A DNA stretch of 64,000 bases, from the sequence record MT764206.1. One strand, 5' to 3'. This document shows, piece by piece, positions 54,040 through 64,000 of the stretch. The notes below the pieces were generated by a model. It did no database searches. It was not told the origin of the DNA and saw only the letters and a program-made list of their open reading frames with translations. Every line of letters starts with the position of its first letter. Within the stretch, counting starts at the first letter, position 1. The translations under genes were made by a program, and so were the position numbers. The DNA is from Escherichia phage JEP6.

Positions 54040-54671
54040 TCAACTACCTCAATATCATAAACTTTAAATGTTCCAAATGAATCGTGTAATTTTTCTTTTG
54101 AAATAGAAGTTATTCTATACTTTCCAATTGGAATCATCCATTCTTGTTCACGCACAATCATCATTAAGTTATCAGTACGCTCTGAATCTAGCCCATCAGT
54201 ATCTTCATACGTGTACTTGAACTCAGTATTAGGAGAAGAAAGTATAATATCGCTGATATGGTCAGAATAATTAAAAGCTTTATCAGTTTTTAAGCGAAGT
54301 ATTATTTTAGTAAAATATTCAGCGTAAGAAAAAGAACATGCTGTGAGCAAACTAGTAGTAAATGAATCTACTCTATTCGTTGAAAACACTTCTCCAACTT
54401 GTAAATCTTTAATGAGTTCTTTTGTCGATTTTGATATACCACGATATAACTGATAAGGTGATTCAGTTAAATGCTTTTTAATGATTTTATTCAACTGTTG
54501 ATGAAGAGCTTCATTCTTTTTGGCTTCCATACATTGCCAAAGAACTGACTGTTCAAAGTCAGTAAATTTTTCACAGACCTTTTTATACATATCATATTGA
54601 AAATCAACGCTTTCAGCTTTTATAGATAACTGTTCAACATCTGCAAGATTAATAATCATGATAGCCTCCAT
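54036..54671 (-). CDS. modB: ADP-ribosyltransferase ModB
   Basis: 211 aa; paralogue of modA. Confidence 0.7.
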   Translation of the reverse strand: MEAIMIINLADVEQLSIKAESVDFQYDMYKKVCEKFTDFEQSVLWQCMEAKKNEALHQQLNKIIKKHLTESPYQLYRGISKSTKELIKDLQVGEVFSTNRVDSFTTSLLTACSFSYAEYFTKIILRLKTDKAFNYSDHISDIILSSPNTEFKYTYEDTDGLDSERTDNLMMIVREQEWMIPIGKYRITSISKEKLHDSFGTFKVYDIEVVE

Positions 54672-54726
54672 ATACTTCAGAAGCTATCATATCATCGTTA
54701 GAAAGGAAAGTAAACAACTTTTTGAA

Positions 54727-54909
54727 TTATTTTGCCCAGGGAGCCCAGGGCGGAGGGTCAAGATGGTATGAAGCTAGTTCTTCTAGAAGAGCATCTGGGG
54801 CTTCAATTCCATAATTCTGTAATACTATACGGTACTCTTTCTTATAATCACTAGAATCATTCTGGATATTCGTAGAATGATTATCTTCTAACATCTCAAA
54901 TAAATCCAT
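54727..54909 (-). CDS. hypothetical protein
   Basis: 60-aa ORF. Confidence 0.45.
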   Translation of the reverse strand: MDLFEMLEDNHSTNIQNDSSDYKKEYRIVLQNYGIEAPDALLEELASYHLDPPPWAPWAK

Positions 54910-54917
54910 ATTAATTC

Positions 54918-55400
54918 CTAGCGATAAAAACCAAAATAACGATTAGCTTCAATAATCTTTCTTTCTTCTTCGGACATTCTCCAGCGTAGTCCAACATCAA
55001 AATGAGCCCAGACCATCTTAACAAATGCATTTATATCTTTAATATCTTCAATAATGAATGTTTTACTTTTAGAAAGTTGACCTGCTAAATTAAGTGCTAA
55101 TTTAACGTTATCATCTTCAAACAGGCTAAAAAGACCATATTCATGAGCTCTTTTATAGCCTTTGATAGTTAAAGCTTCAGAAGAAGAAAATGGTGAATCA
55201 GTATTCTGCAAAATATCTTCAGTATGCTTTATAATTAGAATAACATTTTCTGGATATTTTCTTTCTTTTATATCTTTAATTAAAATATCCGGATTTTCTG
55301 CTAAAGGAATAATTAATGAGCATTTTTTATCAAGTGTATTTACTGATTTACCTTCTTTAGACATAAATTCTATTGAATAATGTTTTGCTACTTCAATCAT
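54918..55400 (-). CDS. hypothetical protein
   Basis: 160-aa ORF. Confidence 0.5.
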   Translation of the reverse strand: MIEVAKHYSIEFMSKEGKSVNTLDKKCSLIIPLAENPDILIKDIKERKYPENVILIIKHTEDILQNTDSPFSSSEALTIKGYKRAHEYGLFSLFEDDNVKLALNLAGQLSKSKTFIIEDIKDINAFVKMVWAHFDVGLRWRMSEEERKIIEANRYFGFYR

Positions 55401-55553
55401 GTGATTTCCTCTTGCCTACTAACGGGCCGTCAGGAATTTTGTTTTCCTGGATATATTTCTCATTTTCTTCCATCATTTTACTACCGATTTTAAGAAGCAA
55501 ATCCAATGCTTCATTTGCTTTAGCCTTGGCCTCTTCTAACGTCATATCTCTGT

Positions 55554-55757
55554 TCACGATTTATCCCCATAGATGTCTCTCATCAATTTAAGCGCTGAGC
55601 GTTCTAATTTCTTTTCTTTCTCAGCACTAATCATTGATTTCATCCATTCTTCTGATTCGTTCTGCATTTCTTTATTTGCTTGTTCAACCCAGCCATCATC
55701 AATATACATTGAGTTTGGTCTATTGAACCATTCAAACATTTTCTTCAGAACTTTCAT
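55554..55757 (-). CDS. hypothetical protein
   Basis: 67-aa ORF. Confidence 0.45.
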   Translation of the reverse strand: MKVLKKMFEWFNRPNSMYIDDGWVEQANKEMQNESEEWMKSMISAEKEKKLERSALKLMRDIYGDKS

Positions 55758-56229
55758 TTGTTTTACCTAAAACAACAGTAGGAGCATCATCAAATTCATG
55801 AATTTTTAGCAAATTTGGATGTAAACTATTCCATACAGAAGAAATAAAGTATGATAACGCATCTTCACTCGCAATTATAAATTTGTTTCCTTTGTCTATT
55901 TTCCAGTTATATACTGAATCGTACGAATAAAAAGATAAAGGCTTATCATTATATTGTTCTGCGCTAACATTAATGTATTCGGATTTAGTAAATGCTTCAA
56001 TTGCTCTAAATGGAATATTTGGTACAGTTTCAATAATACCAATCTTTTTAAGTTTTATTTCAGCATCTTCTGGAACTGGCATTGAAACGAAATTTTCTAC
56101 GAGATACATTGGGTCACAATAACCCTTATCAATCATTACTGCTACGGTAATTGGAACGTCTTTAGCAAACGACATACTATTACTGCTAATATACATTTCA
56201 AACAAAATCGCTTCCATAATTTTCCTCAA
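55732..56229 (-). CDS. hypothetical protein
   Basis: 165-aa ORF. Confidence 0.5.
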   Translation of the reverse strand: MRKIMEAILFEMYISSNSMSFAKDVPITVAVMIDKGYCDPMYLVENFVSMPVPEDAEIKLKKIGIIETVPNIPFRAIEAFTKSEYINVSAEQYNDKPLSFYSYDSVYNWKIDKGNKFIIASEDALSYFISSVWNSLHPNLLKIHEFDDAPTVVLGKTNESSEENV

Positions 56230-56564
56230 TCACAAGATGTAGATGAACAACTAGAATCACAAGAACTTCCGCATGAATCGCCCGTCCATACATGAACAGG
56301 AACATTAGTATCATATGAATCAGAACTAGACTGTGTATTCTGCGTATTAGATGATGTAGGTGTTGACCAACGCCAAGGATTTTTATAATATTCTTGGGCT
56401 TCTTCATAAGTCATAGTAACTGCTTCTACTGTTCCATCTCCCATATAAACATATTCAACTACAGTTAAAGGAAGGTAGTCATTTGAAATAGGAACTACAC
56501 CTTCTCCAGGAGTTGTAGAGAAAAAATCCGTAAAGAAATTTTTAAACCAATTAAAGATAAACAT
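56226..56564 (-). CDS. hypothetical protein with Cys/Ser-rich C-terminal tail
   Basis: 112 aa ending [19 protein letters not shown]. Confidence 0.5.
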   Translation of the reverse strand: MFIFNWFKNFFTDFFSTTPGEGVVPISNDYLPLTVVEYVYMGDGTVEAVTMTYEEAQEYYKNPWRWSTPTSSNTQNTQSSSDSYDTNVPVHVWTGDSCGSSCDSSCSSTSCD

Positions 56565-56770
56565 TACAAAAAGCCTCTTTTGAATTCGACTTGCTTTTCG
56601 CCATAATCATATCGAATCTCTGCATTAAATTCGACAGAACCATCTGCGTACATCATAAATGAATGCACAACAACTTCTGTAGACCATGGCTGTAGTTCAT
56701 ATTTTTTCATTACATGCCGTGAAATGATAATATCTAAATCTTCATTTGGTTTAATCCAGCGATTTAACAT
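56564..56770 (-). CDS. hypothetical protein
   Basis: 68-aa ORF with early promoter upstream. Confidence 0.5.
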   Translation of the reverse strand: MLNRWIKPNEDLDIIISRHVMKKYELQPWSTEVVVHSFMMYADGSVEFNAEIRYDYGEKQVEFKRGFL

Positions 56771-56792
56771 AGTGCTCTCCTCTATAAGATAA

Positions 56793-56826
56793 TTCTATTA
56801 TACCATACTCATTTTGATATGTAAAC
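56793..56826 (-). promoter_or_regulatory. early promoter immediately downstream of soc terminator
   Basis: GTTTACA ... TGGTATAATAG. Confidence 0.5.
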
Positions 56827-56834
56827 CATAAAAT

Positions 56835-56858
56835 GAAAAAAGGACTCCCGAAGGAGTC
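56835..56858 (-). terminator. rho-independent terminator after soc
   Basis: Same GGACTCC-TTCG-GGAGTCC hairpin as at 2287-2304, followed by T6. Confidence 0.7.
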
Positions 56859-56867
56859 CTTGAATTA

Positions 56868-57104
56868 TTAACCACCTATTTCTGTAGGTGTAAACATTGC
56901 AGCATTCTTAGTTTTCCAAGTTGCTGCATCGGAAACTACAGTAGAATATGCCGCCTTTTCAGAAGGAAAGGTCTGATAATGAGAATCTGCAATACGGTGT
57001 TCATTTGAATATACATCAAATGCTACAGAAACTTCCATACCTTTAACTTCTTTGCCTTCACCTGCTGGATGAGTAAAGGTCTTGATGTTAACGAAACCAC
57101 CCAT
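56868..57104 (-). CDS. soc: small outer capsid protein Soc
   Basis: 78 aa; HYQTFPSEKAAYSTV segment recognised; late promoter upstream. Confidence 0.75.
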   Translation of the reverse strand: MGGFVNIKTFTHPAGEGKEVKGMEVSVAFDVYSNEHRIADSHYQTFPSEKAAYSTVVSDAATWKTKNAAMFTPTEIGG

Positions 57105-57125
57105 AATAAACTCCTTTATTGTTTA

Positions 57126-57133
57126 ATTACAGG
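57126..57133 (-). promoter_or_regulatory. late promoter TATAAATA for soc
   Basis: Exact motif on minus strand about 22 bp upstream of soc ATG. Confidence 0.65.
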
Positions 57134-57142
57134 TGTATTTAT

Positions 57143-57286
57143 AACTTACAATTTGGCGTCTTTCCAGAGTTGTTCAATAATCTCTTGGTCTATTTCTTTA
57201 GTTATTTCATTACGTAATAAGGCAGTAAGGGCTTTCGCCCTTTTCTTATTCAACTTTTTGAGTTGACGTTTATTTAATTTAGCCAT
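57143..57286 (-). CDS. small basic hypothetical protein
   Basis: 47-aa ORF by manual translation; TAATG coupling to gene 56. Confidence 0.35.
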
Positions 57287-57804
57287 TAATAACCTCGGTC
57301 TTGACGAGCGAAGTTTTCAGCATTTTTCAGATAATAAAGTTTAAAGATTTCTTCAGCCGTAAGACCGAGACCTTGGAACATGTTCAGAACGAAATGAAGA
57401 ATATCAATCATTTCGAATTTAATTTCCAACTGGTCTTGTGGAGACAAATCAGTAATTAAAGTTTCACGACGTTCACCATGTTGAGCTTTCCAAGGCTTCC
57501 ATACAGCAGATGCATCTTTTTCGCCATTGCTCATACCACCAAGAGAAGTCAGAAGTTCACGGAATTCATCATCAATATAATCTTTCTGATTACGCAGCCA
57601 ATCAACAACTTCACCTGCAGTAGCCAAATCATCAGGATGACGGTTATATTCAGGTTTATCTTTAGCTAAACGAACCTGCAGAGATTTCTGCATGTCAAGC
57701 ATAACTTGCAACGGGTCTTTTTCATCACCGAGAATATCCCAGTATTCATTTTGAGCTTTATCAGCGCCTTCAATCAGTTGTGAACATTCATTAAAGTATG
57801 CCAT
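57286..57804 (-). CDS. 56: dCTP pyrophosphatase (dCTPase) gp56
   Basis: about 172 aa from MAYFNECS. Confidence 0.85.
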   Translation of the reverse strand: MAYFNECSQLIEGADKAQNEYWDILGDEKDPLQVMLDMQKSLQVRLAKDKPEYNRHPDDLATAGEVVDWLRNQKDYIDDEFRELLTSLGGMSNGEKDASAVWKPWKAQHGERRETLITDLSPQDQLEIKFEMIDILHFVLNMFQGLGLTAEEIFKLYYLKNAENFARQDRGY

Positions 57805-57864
57805 TATTTTTCCTTTCAATTCATTAATAAGTTAAATAATTATATCATTTGAGTATGTAAGCAA

Positions 57865-58653
<789 letters not shown>

Positions 58654-58754
58654 TCATTTATTGCAGCAAAAATGAATTATACAGTTCTTCATCATATGTA
58701 TTTGATAGTAATACTAACACGTTTTGCGATAAATATTAATTTAAAGGAGGACAT

Positions 58755-58955
58755 ATGGTACAAAAATTAATGGCACTTGTTAATGCCATCAAAGGTAATA
58801 AAAAGCGTATAGCTTTTACTATTTCTGCTATGATAGGAATTTTACTTTGGAATTTTGTTTTATCGCCAGTTGCTATTGCTCATGGCGTTAGTATTCCAGT
58901 AGTTACTCTTGATACATTCGTAGATTTAGCATTTGCTTTAGTTGGGTTAATTTAA
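58755..58955 (+). CDS. small two-helix membrane protein on opposite strand
   Basis: 66-aa ORF; AAAGGAGG 5 nt upstream of ATG; stop overlaps gene 61 stop (convergent). Confidence 0.5.
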   Translation: MVQKLMALVNAIKGNKKRIAFTISAMIGILLWNFVLSPVAIAHGVSIPVVTLDTFVDLAFALVGLI

Positions 58956-59980
58956 ATCTTAGCATATTTAGATAACCGCATTTTAGCCATCAACCCCTGT
59001 GCAATATTATTTTTCATATATTCCATAATTTGTTCAGGGGTTGCACCTTCCTTTCTAATCATATCATTAACATCTTTTGATTTCCAGGGAGATTTATCCC
59101 AAAACATAACCCTTTCTCCTGCATCAACTAATTTAGTCATTCGTTTGATAGTGTCAGGATGACGAGGTTCATTATCTAAAACCCACACACGCCTATCTTT
59201 AAATGGAACAACTTCTAGGTCTAATTGACCACCCGTAATAGCTATACCATTTTCAATAAAAAGTGAATCTATAGGTCCTTCTAGAACATATACATCACCA
59301 TCTTTAACCCGTTCGACTCCATAGATTTTTGTTGCTTCAGGATAAGCTTTGATGGTGATATATTTTTGAGGAGCATCTTTCTTTAATGCACGTCCTTGAA
59401 ACGACTCAGCTTTTCCATTAGCATTATAAATTGGAATAACAAGACGAGGCTCAGAAATTTCCTTTTTATATGTTCCCGGTGCTATGCTATTAACCAATTT
59501 AGGCCATTCAGTTGTAAACCAAAGATATTTCCATTTATCCTTTGGAATACAACGAGCTTTTACATATTTTATAATTGGATGGTCTTCCGCCAGTTTATCT
59601 AATCTAACACATGACGGAAGAGATTTAATTATTTTCTTCTCAGGTTGTTTAGGAAGTTCTTTAGGTTTTTCTACTGGACGACTTTTACCTTTTTCTTTTC
59701 TTATTTCAAAGATATACTCACGATATAAATCAGGTTCAAACTCCTTTAAATATATTCCGATTGGTGCATGATAGTTACAGTTATAACAATGAATATTTCC
59801 TTCATTATTATCACCATAATACCATCCACGAGCTTTATTCTGGTCGGTTTTTGAATCTCCACAAACAGGGCATCTAAACCGCAATTTAAAAGTTGAACTA
59901 TTATTTACTTGTGTGAATTTAGGTAAATGAGCTAATGCACGGTATGCAAACTCATTATCAATCCAAGGTATTGATGACAT
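58952..59980 (-). CDS. 61: DNA primase gp61
   Basis: 342 aa; zinc-ribbon CPVCGDS...CYNC. Confidence 0.9.
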   Translation of the reverse strand: MSSIPWIDNEFAYRALAHLPKFTQVNNSSTFKLRFRCPVCGDSKTDQNKARGWYYGDNNEGNIHCYNCNYHAPIGIYLKEFEPDLYREYIFEIRKEKGKSRPVEKPKELPKQPEKKIIKSLPSCVRLDKLAEDHPIIKYVKARCIPKDKWKYLWFTTEWPKLVNSIAPGTYKKEISEPRLVIPIYNANGKAESFQGRALKKDAPQKYITIKAYPEATKIYGVERVKDGDVYVLEGPIDSLFIENGIAITGGQLDLEVVPFKDRRVWVLDNEPRHPDTIKRMTKLVDAGERVMFWDKSPWKSKDVNDMIRKEGATPEQIMEYMKNNIAQGLMAKMRLSKYAKI

Positions 59981-59982
59981 TT

Positions 59983-60147
59983 TTACTCTTCTTTTTCTTT
60001 AGATTCCTCTTTTTTCTTTTTAGGAATCTGTTCAGGACCTTTATTTACTACAGCACCTGATGTTGTTCCAGTAGAGATATTTTCAGGATTACCACCTGAA
60101 TCTCCAGCGACCATATCTTCTTTGATAAATTCTTTAAATGTTTTCAT
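59983..60147 (-). CDS. small charged hypothetical protein
   Basis: about 54-aa ORF by manual translation. Confidence 0.35.
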   Translation of the reverse strand: MKTFKEFIKEDMVAGDSGGNPENISTGTTSGAVVNKGPEQIPKKKKEESKEKEE

Positions 60148-60148
60148 A

Positions 60149-60775
60149 TTAACCTCTATTCATAAAAGCATTAAAAATTTGGTCATCAATAGAAACATTT
60201 ACTTTAGACTGTTTTTCGGATGGTAATTCATATCCACATATTACAATTTTGTGATCAATATCAAAATACACAGAAGCAATATGATTAATGCTGTTTTCAG
60301 TAAAGTCTAAATCAACATCAATATCTTTTTGACCAAAGCCCAAAGGATAAATAATGCGAGTAATTCGATTATCTTTAACAAAGATTCCACCGACATACTC
60401 TGTACTGCGTTTAAAGTCTACACGCCGACGAAATGAAAAATATTCAGGCTCTTTATGAGCTCGGCTTATAGGGCACAACGAATAACTAGAATAAGAGATG
60501 TCAAATCCTACGCCTTCAATATGAACTAAATTGTCATGATTAAACCAATTATAATCATATGCCAAGTCCATTAGATTGTCATATGTGAAAGGCACCGGAT
60601 TAACATCATTGGTCACAAGCATATAATTAGCAACTGCTATAATTTCATTATTTTTAACGAATACAAACCGTGATTGATGCGAATGGCCTGGACCTGCGTT
60701 TTCACGATTAATGATATAACACTGGGCACCTTTATATTTGTACGTGTCTTTACACTTGTGCATTTGATAAAGCAT
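60149..60775 (-). CDS. hypothetical protein
   Basis: 208-aa ORF. Confidence 0.5.
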   Translation of the reverse strand: MLYQMHKCKDTYKYKGAQCYIINRENAGPGHSHQSRFVFVKNNEIIAVANYMLVTNDVNPVPFTYDNLMDLAYDYNWFNHDNLVHIEGVGFDISYSSYSLCPISRAHKEPEYFSFRRRVDFKRSTEYVGGIFVKDNRITRIIYPLGFGQKDIDVDLDFTENSINHIASVYFDIDHKIVICGYELPSEKQSKVNVSIDDQIFNAFMNRG

Positions 60776-61068
60776 TATTCACCTACCACTTCAGCGATGA
60801 TATTTTTATTATTAAAGTTTTTATCGCAATACAGAACATAATTATACTGCATTACACCACCAGACTTAAGCTGTTTTTGCACTTCAGCTTTCATTTCAGG
60901 ACGATCACGCTCAACGATATTCATAATATCTGCTTCAATTTGAGTTTCAACTTCAGTCTGATCCGCAGTCATAGACCATTCACACAAATCTTTATCATAA
61001 CCTGCCATAGCAGGCTGAGCAGCACAAGAAGCTAAAGCAAAAATTGCAGCAAAAACAAATTTTTTCAT
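60775..61068 (-). CDS. sp: secreted signal-peptide protein, Spackle-like (superinfection exclusion)
   Basis: 97 aa from MKKFVFAAIF with cleavable signal peptide ...AQPAMA; position matches T4 61.3. Confidence 0.55.
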   Translation of the reverse strand: MKKFVFAAIFALASCAAQPAMAGYDKDLCEWSMTADQTEVETQIEADIMNIVERDRPEMKAEVQKQLKSGGVMQYNYVLYCDKNFNNKNIIAEVVGE

Positions 61069-61129
61069 GATTAATCTCCTCAGTAGTTTATGTTTATATA
61101 GTATCTCAATTTCCAATAAAAGTAAACAG

Positions 61130-61387
61130 TTATTTTAAAACTTTTGCGTAATCACATGTTACAAACTGTTTCTCTAGCTTAACGATCTTACGAAAATACC
61201 TTTTACACTGACGAATCTGCCGCTTCGTAGGGCGAACAGCAAACTTAATAAATTCCACTCGACCAAATGGAGGACTTTCTTCTGCTGGAATATCTAATAC
61301 TAATTCCCACGTATCTGCAATAAGTGCTTTGAATTGAGTATTTTTCCTAACGCTATACGGAGTAGGTTTAAATAAAACGATATGCAT
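61130..61387 (-). CDS. hypothetical protein (61.4-like)
   Basis: 85 aa from MHIVLF; ATG 1 nt after dmd stop. Confidence 0.5.
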   Translation of the reverse strand: MHIVLFKPTPYSVRKNTQFKALIADTWELVLDIPAEESPPFGRVEFIKFAVRPTKRQIRQCKRYFRKIVKLEKQFVTCDYAKVLK

Positions 61388-61388
61388 A

Positions 61389-61571
61389 TTATCCTCGGCA
61401 ATCCACTTCACATACCTTCTTGTCATCAATGAAAGCTTTAACTAATGCTTTATTAACTTCAGCATACTGAGTAGTAGCCCATTGAACGTCATCTTTCATC
61501 ATTGTGGTTTCTTTAGTAAACATGCTTTCATTCTTAAACCACCCCATAAAAACTACCTTTACCAATTCCAT
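61389..61571 (-). CDS. dmd: Dmd antitoxin (inhibitor of RnlA/LsoA RNase toxins)
   Basis: 60 aa; sequence MELVKVVFMGWFKNESMF... recognised; early promoter upstream. Confidence 0.7.
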   Translation of the reverse strand: MELVKVVFMGWFKNESMFTKETTMMKDDVQWATTQYAEVNKALVKAFIDDKKVCEVDCRG

Positions 61572-61597
61572 AACAATCTCCCCATTTAACCAACAAG

Positions 61598-61630
61598 ACT
61601 ACTATACCATAGTCTCGTCAGCTTGTAAAC
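61598..61630 (-). promoter_or_regulatory. early promoter for dmd, overlapping 3' end of gene 41
   Basis: GTTTACAAGC ... TGGTATAGTAG. Confidence 0.5.
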
Positions 61631-63057
61631 TAAAATTTTAATTCATTTGCCAAAGCATCTAACTGAGCTCGAGTCGATTCGTTTCTTTGATAGCGATTCT
61701 GTTCAGCCTGAATCTGCTGTGAACCTGCTACCTCACTCACTCCAGTTGGAGTAGAATCTTGTTCAATTTCTACCCATTTCTGATTTCCTTTTTGAACACC
61801 CATCAAAAACTTATTCCATTTGTTTTTATCGCCATATCGTGATTTGATTTGCTTAATGAGTTGTTGTTCAGCAGCTGCTAGCTCCTCGGTTTCAATGACC
61901 GCAAGCATAAAATCAGCTGTTGCTGGAAGACCGGCAGATTCTGCAATATCGCTCATGTTAACATCAGAAGAATCCCAAGCTTGTTTACCAACCTGTGCTG
62001 CAGTCCAAAGAACAGTTTCGGTTTCAACAGCAAGAGCACGTAATTCCTCTGCAATGGCTTTAACAGTTGTGTAACTATTTTCTGAGTAAACTCTAATGCG
62101 GCAAGATTTACAAATACCCAGATAGTCGACAATAATGATTGTTGGAACAAAATTCTTCTTGAGCTTCAATTCGTTTAAAAGTGATCGAAATGTATTAGCG
62201 TCTGCTCCACCAGTAGGATACTGTTTAACGATTAAACGCCCAAGAGTAGATTTCTCACGCCATTTTTCCATTTTTCCTTTATATTCAGCGTAAGAAATAT
62301 GCCCATCATCAATGTCATCAAGAGAAACATCAAGCATATTAGCATCAATACGCTTAGCACAGACTTCTTCTGCCATTTCCATGGAAATGTAAAGAACATT
62401 ATGTCCGAGCTGCAAATAATCTGCTGCCAATGAACACAGACCTAATGACTTACCAACGTTAACGCCAGCCATTAAAACGTTCAGTGTTCCAGTCTCAGCT
62501 CCGCCTTTAGTAATTTTGTTTAGAATTCTGAGTTTAAATGGAACCTTACGAGCTTTATTCATATAAGATAGCCAACGTGCTTCGTAGTCATCCATCCAAT
62601 CATGACCAACGTAGCTATCAAATGAAATTGATAATGCTTGGCGCATGATGTCAGGAATAGCACCTACATCTGGCATTTTCTTATTGCGTTTTTCCGGAGG
62701 AAGCTCAGCATTAGTTTGAATTTCGATTATTTTAGACGTAGCATTAAACATCGCCCTTTGCTGAACATATTTTTCTGTTTCTTTTACTAACCAGCTGTGG
62801 TCTTCCGGAGAATCAGCCAGTTTTGAAATAAGTGTTTTTACACCAGAATATTCTGTTTCAGTAAATGAACTATTTTCTAATGCAACATTTAACGCATTAA
62901 TAGATGGAACACTATGATACTCATTGACATGAGATTTAATTAATTTGAATGTATTTTTAGCTGGACCACTTTCAAAATATTCTGAATCCATATATGGCCA
63001 AACTTTTGAAAAATAAGCTTGATCAAATATGAGATGGGAAAGAATAATTTCTACCAC
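61630..63057 (-). CDS. 41: replicative DNA helicase gp41
   Basis: 475 aa; DnaB-like Walker A. Confidence 0.9.
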   Translation of the reverse strand: MVEIILSHLIFDQAYFSKVWPYMDSEYFESGPAKNTFKLIKSHVNEYHSVPSINALNVALENSSFTETEYSGVKTLISKLADSPEDHSWLVKETEKYVQQRAMFNATSKIIEIQTNAELPPEKRNKKMPDVGAIPDIMRQALSISFDSYVGHDWMDDYEARWLSYMNKARKVPFKLRILNKITKGGAETGTLNVLMAGVNVGKSLGLCSLAADYLQLGHNVLYISMEMAEEVCAKRIDANMLDVSLDDIDDGHISYAEYKGKMEKWREKSTLGRLIVKQYPTGGADANTFRSLLNELKLKKNFVPTIIIVDYLGICKSCRIRVYSENSYTTVKAIAEELRALAVETETVLWTAAQVGKQAWDSSDVNMSDIAESAGLPATADFMLAVIETEELAAAEQQLIKQIKSRYGDKNKWNKFLMGVQKGNQKWVEIEQDSTPTGVSEVAGSQQIQAEQNRYQRNESTRAQLDALANELKF

Positions 63058-63066
63058 ACTTACTCC

Positions 63067-63429
63067 TTAAAAGAATTTAAACTTTTTCTTTGACCTTTTA
63101 TTGAATGCATCTTGTAGTTGCATTGTAATACATTTTTCTACATGAGGAGCTAACTCAGCTTTTCTTTCTTGGTCAAGAACAGCAAAGTCCATTACAACCT
63201 TTCCATCAACCCAATCTAATTTTGTCACATACACAATGTGTGTAGAACCATCTTCTAGTTTAATGACAATCTCCTGGATAACATTTTCCATGGCAGATTT
63301 AATTATCTTAAGAGACTCATTAAAAAGACGTTCTTTTCTTTCTTCTTCCCCCTCCGAAGAGGGGGATTCATCGATAATTTCTAGATCTAAGTCTAAATCA
63401 TCTTTATTCATTAAATTCTTCCATATCAC
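63067..63429 (-). CDS. 40: gp40 head vertex assembly protein
   Basis: 120-aa ORF between uvsX and 41. Confidence 0.6.
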   Translation of the reverse strand: MIWKNLMNKDDLDLDLEIIDESPSSEGEEERKERLFNESLKIIKSAMENVIQEIVIKLEDGSTHIVYVTKLDWVDGKVVMDFAVLDQERKAELAPHVEKCITMQLQDAFNKRSKKKFKFF

Positions 63430-64000
63430 TTAACTGCTCGAGGTCAGTTTCTAAATCAGCAGCTGATTTACTTTTACTTTCTGGAGATTTAAATTTTTCA
63501 ACCTTTGAGTTAATCAATTCATCAACTTCAGCTTCAACAATTTCATTACTATCAATAGCACCTAATTGATAAGCACGTTTAATAGCATCTCGGAATGGTT
63601 GATGCTTAAATAAAGGACCCCAGAATGTAGTGCAGTTGGTATCTTTTGCACGCCAAGATTTTTCTTCGCGAATCATCTCGCCGGTTTCTTCATCAAGAAA
63701 TTCACGAGCATACCAGCCATTTTTTGGTTTTACTACAAATCCTAATTCTAGAGCCATATCTAACAATCCAGAATAAGGATCGATACCACCGTCAAATTTA
63801 ACATCAATAAAGAATTTACTTTTTTCTTTAACGGTACGAGATTTTTCTACATTTAGAACAAATTGATACCCCTGAAGATCAGAACCATCTTTAATCTGAC
63901 GTTTACCGATAATGAATACAGTATCAGCCGAATACATTACGCCTGTACCACCTGTCATCACGGTTTTACTAAACATTTCAATCGTTTCAATTGTGTGGTT
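63404..64000 (-). CDS. uvsX: UvsX recombinase, C-terminal portion (5' end outside window)
   Basis: Frame open to window edge; RecA-like core and acidic C-terminus. Confidence 0.85.
   Translation of the reverse strand, partial: NHTIETIEMFSKTVMTGGTGVMYSADTVFIIGKRQIKDGSDLQGYQFVLNVEKSRTVKEKSKFFIDVKFDGGIDPYSGLLDMALELGFVVKPKNGWYAREFLDEETGEMIREEKSWRAKDTNCTTFWGPLFKHQPFRDAIKRAYQLGAIDSNEIVEAEVDELINSKVEKFKSPESKSKSAADLETDLEQLSDMEEFNE

Overview
This window reads as one contiguous, densely coding segment of a T4-like (T-even, Tevenvirinae-type) coliphage genome; I found no clearly novel system, only several loci worth a second look. All gene identities come from reading the translated ORFs and recalling T4 protein lengths, motifs and gene order; no database search was run. 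Left to right: the minus-strand early/middle block 30.x-rIII-31-cd-pseT-alc-rnlA-denA-nrdB-mobE-nrdA-td(intron+I-TevI)-frd-32-59-33-dsbA-rnh; the plus-strand late tail-fibre block 34-35-36-37-38 plus holin t; then minus-strand asiA-arn-motA-52-ac-stp-ndd-denB-rIIB-rIIA-60-mobA-39-dexA-dda-srd-modA-modB-soc-56-dam-61-sp-dmd-41-40 and the 3' part of uvsX. Non-CDS elements include sigma70-type early promoters with a GTTTAC -35 box, TATAAATA late promoters, UUCG/GAAG-type hairpin terminators and the gene 32 translational operator. No tRNA, rRNA or CRISPR array was seen. The most striking features are already known from T4: the 50-nt translational bypass in gene 60, the mobA HNH cassette splitting the topoisomerase large subunit, and the 1016-nt td group I intron carrying I-TevI. 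Unlike canonical T4, nrdB is intronless, there is no segF between 56 and soc, and the 37/38 pair is T2-type (gp37 with a C-terminal chaperone-like domain, gp38 a glycine-rich adhesin). The loci most worth a second look are a frameshift-disrupted ORF between td and nrdA, a well-formed plus-strand membrane ORF convergent on gene 61, and the dmd-adjacent small ORFs.
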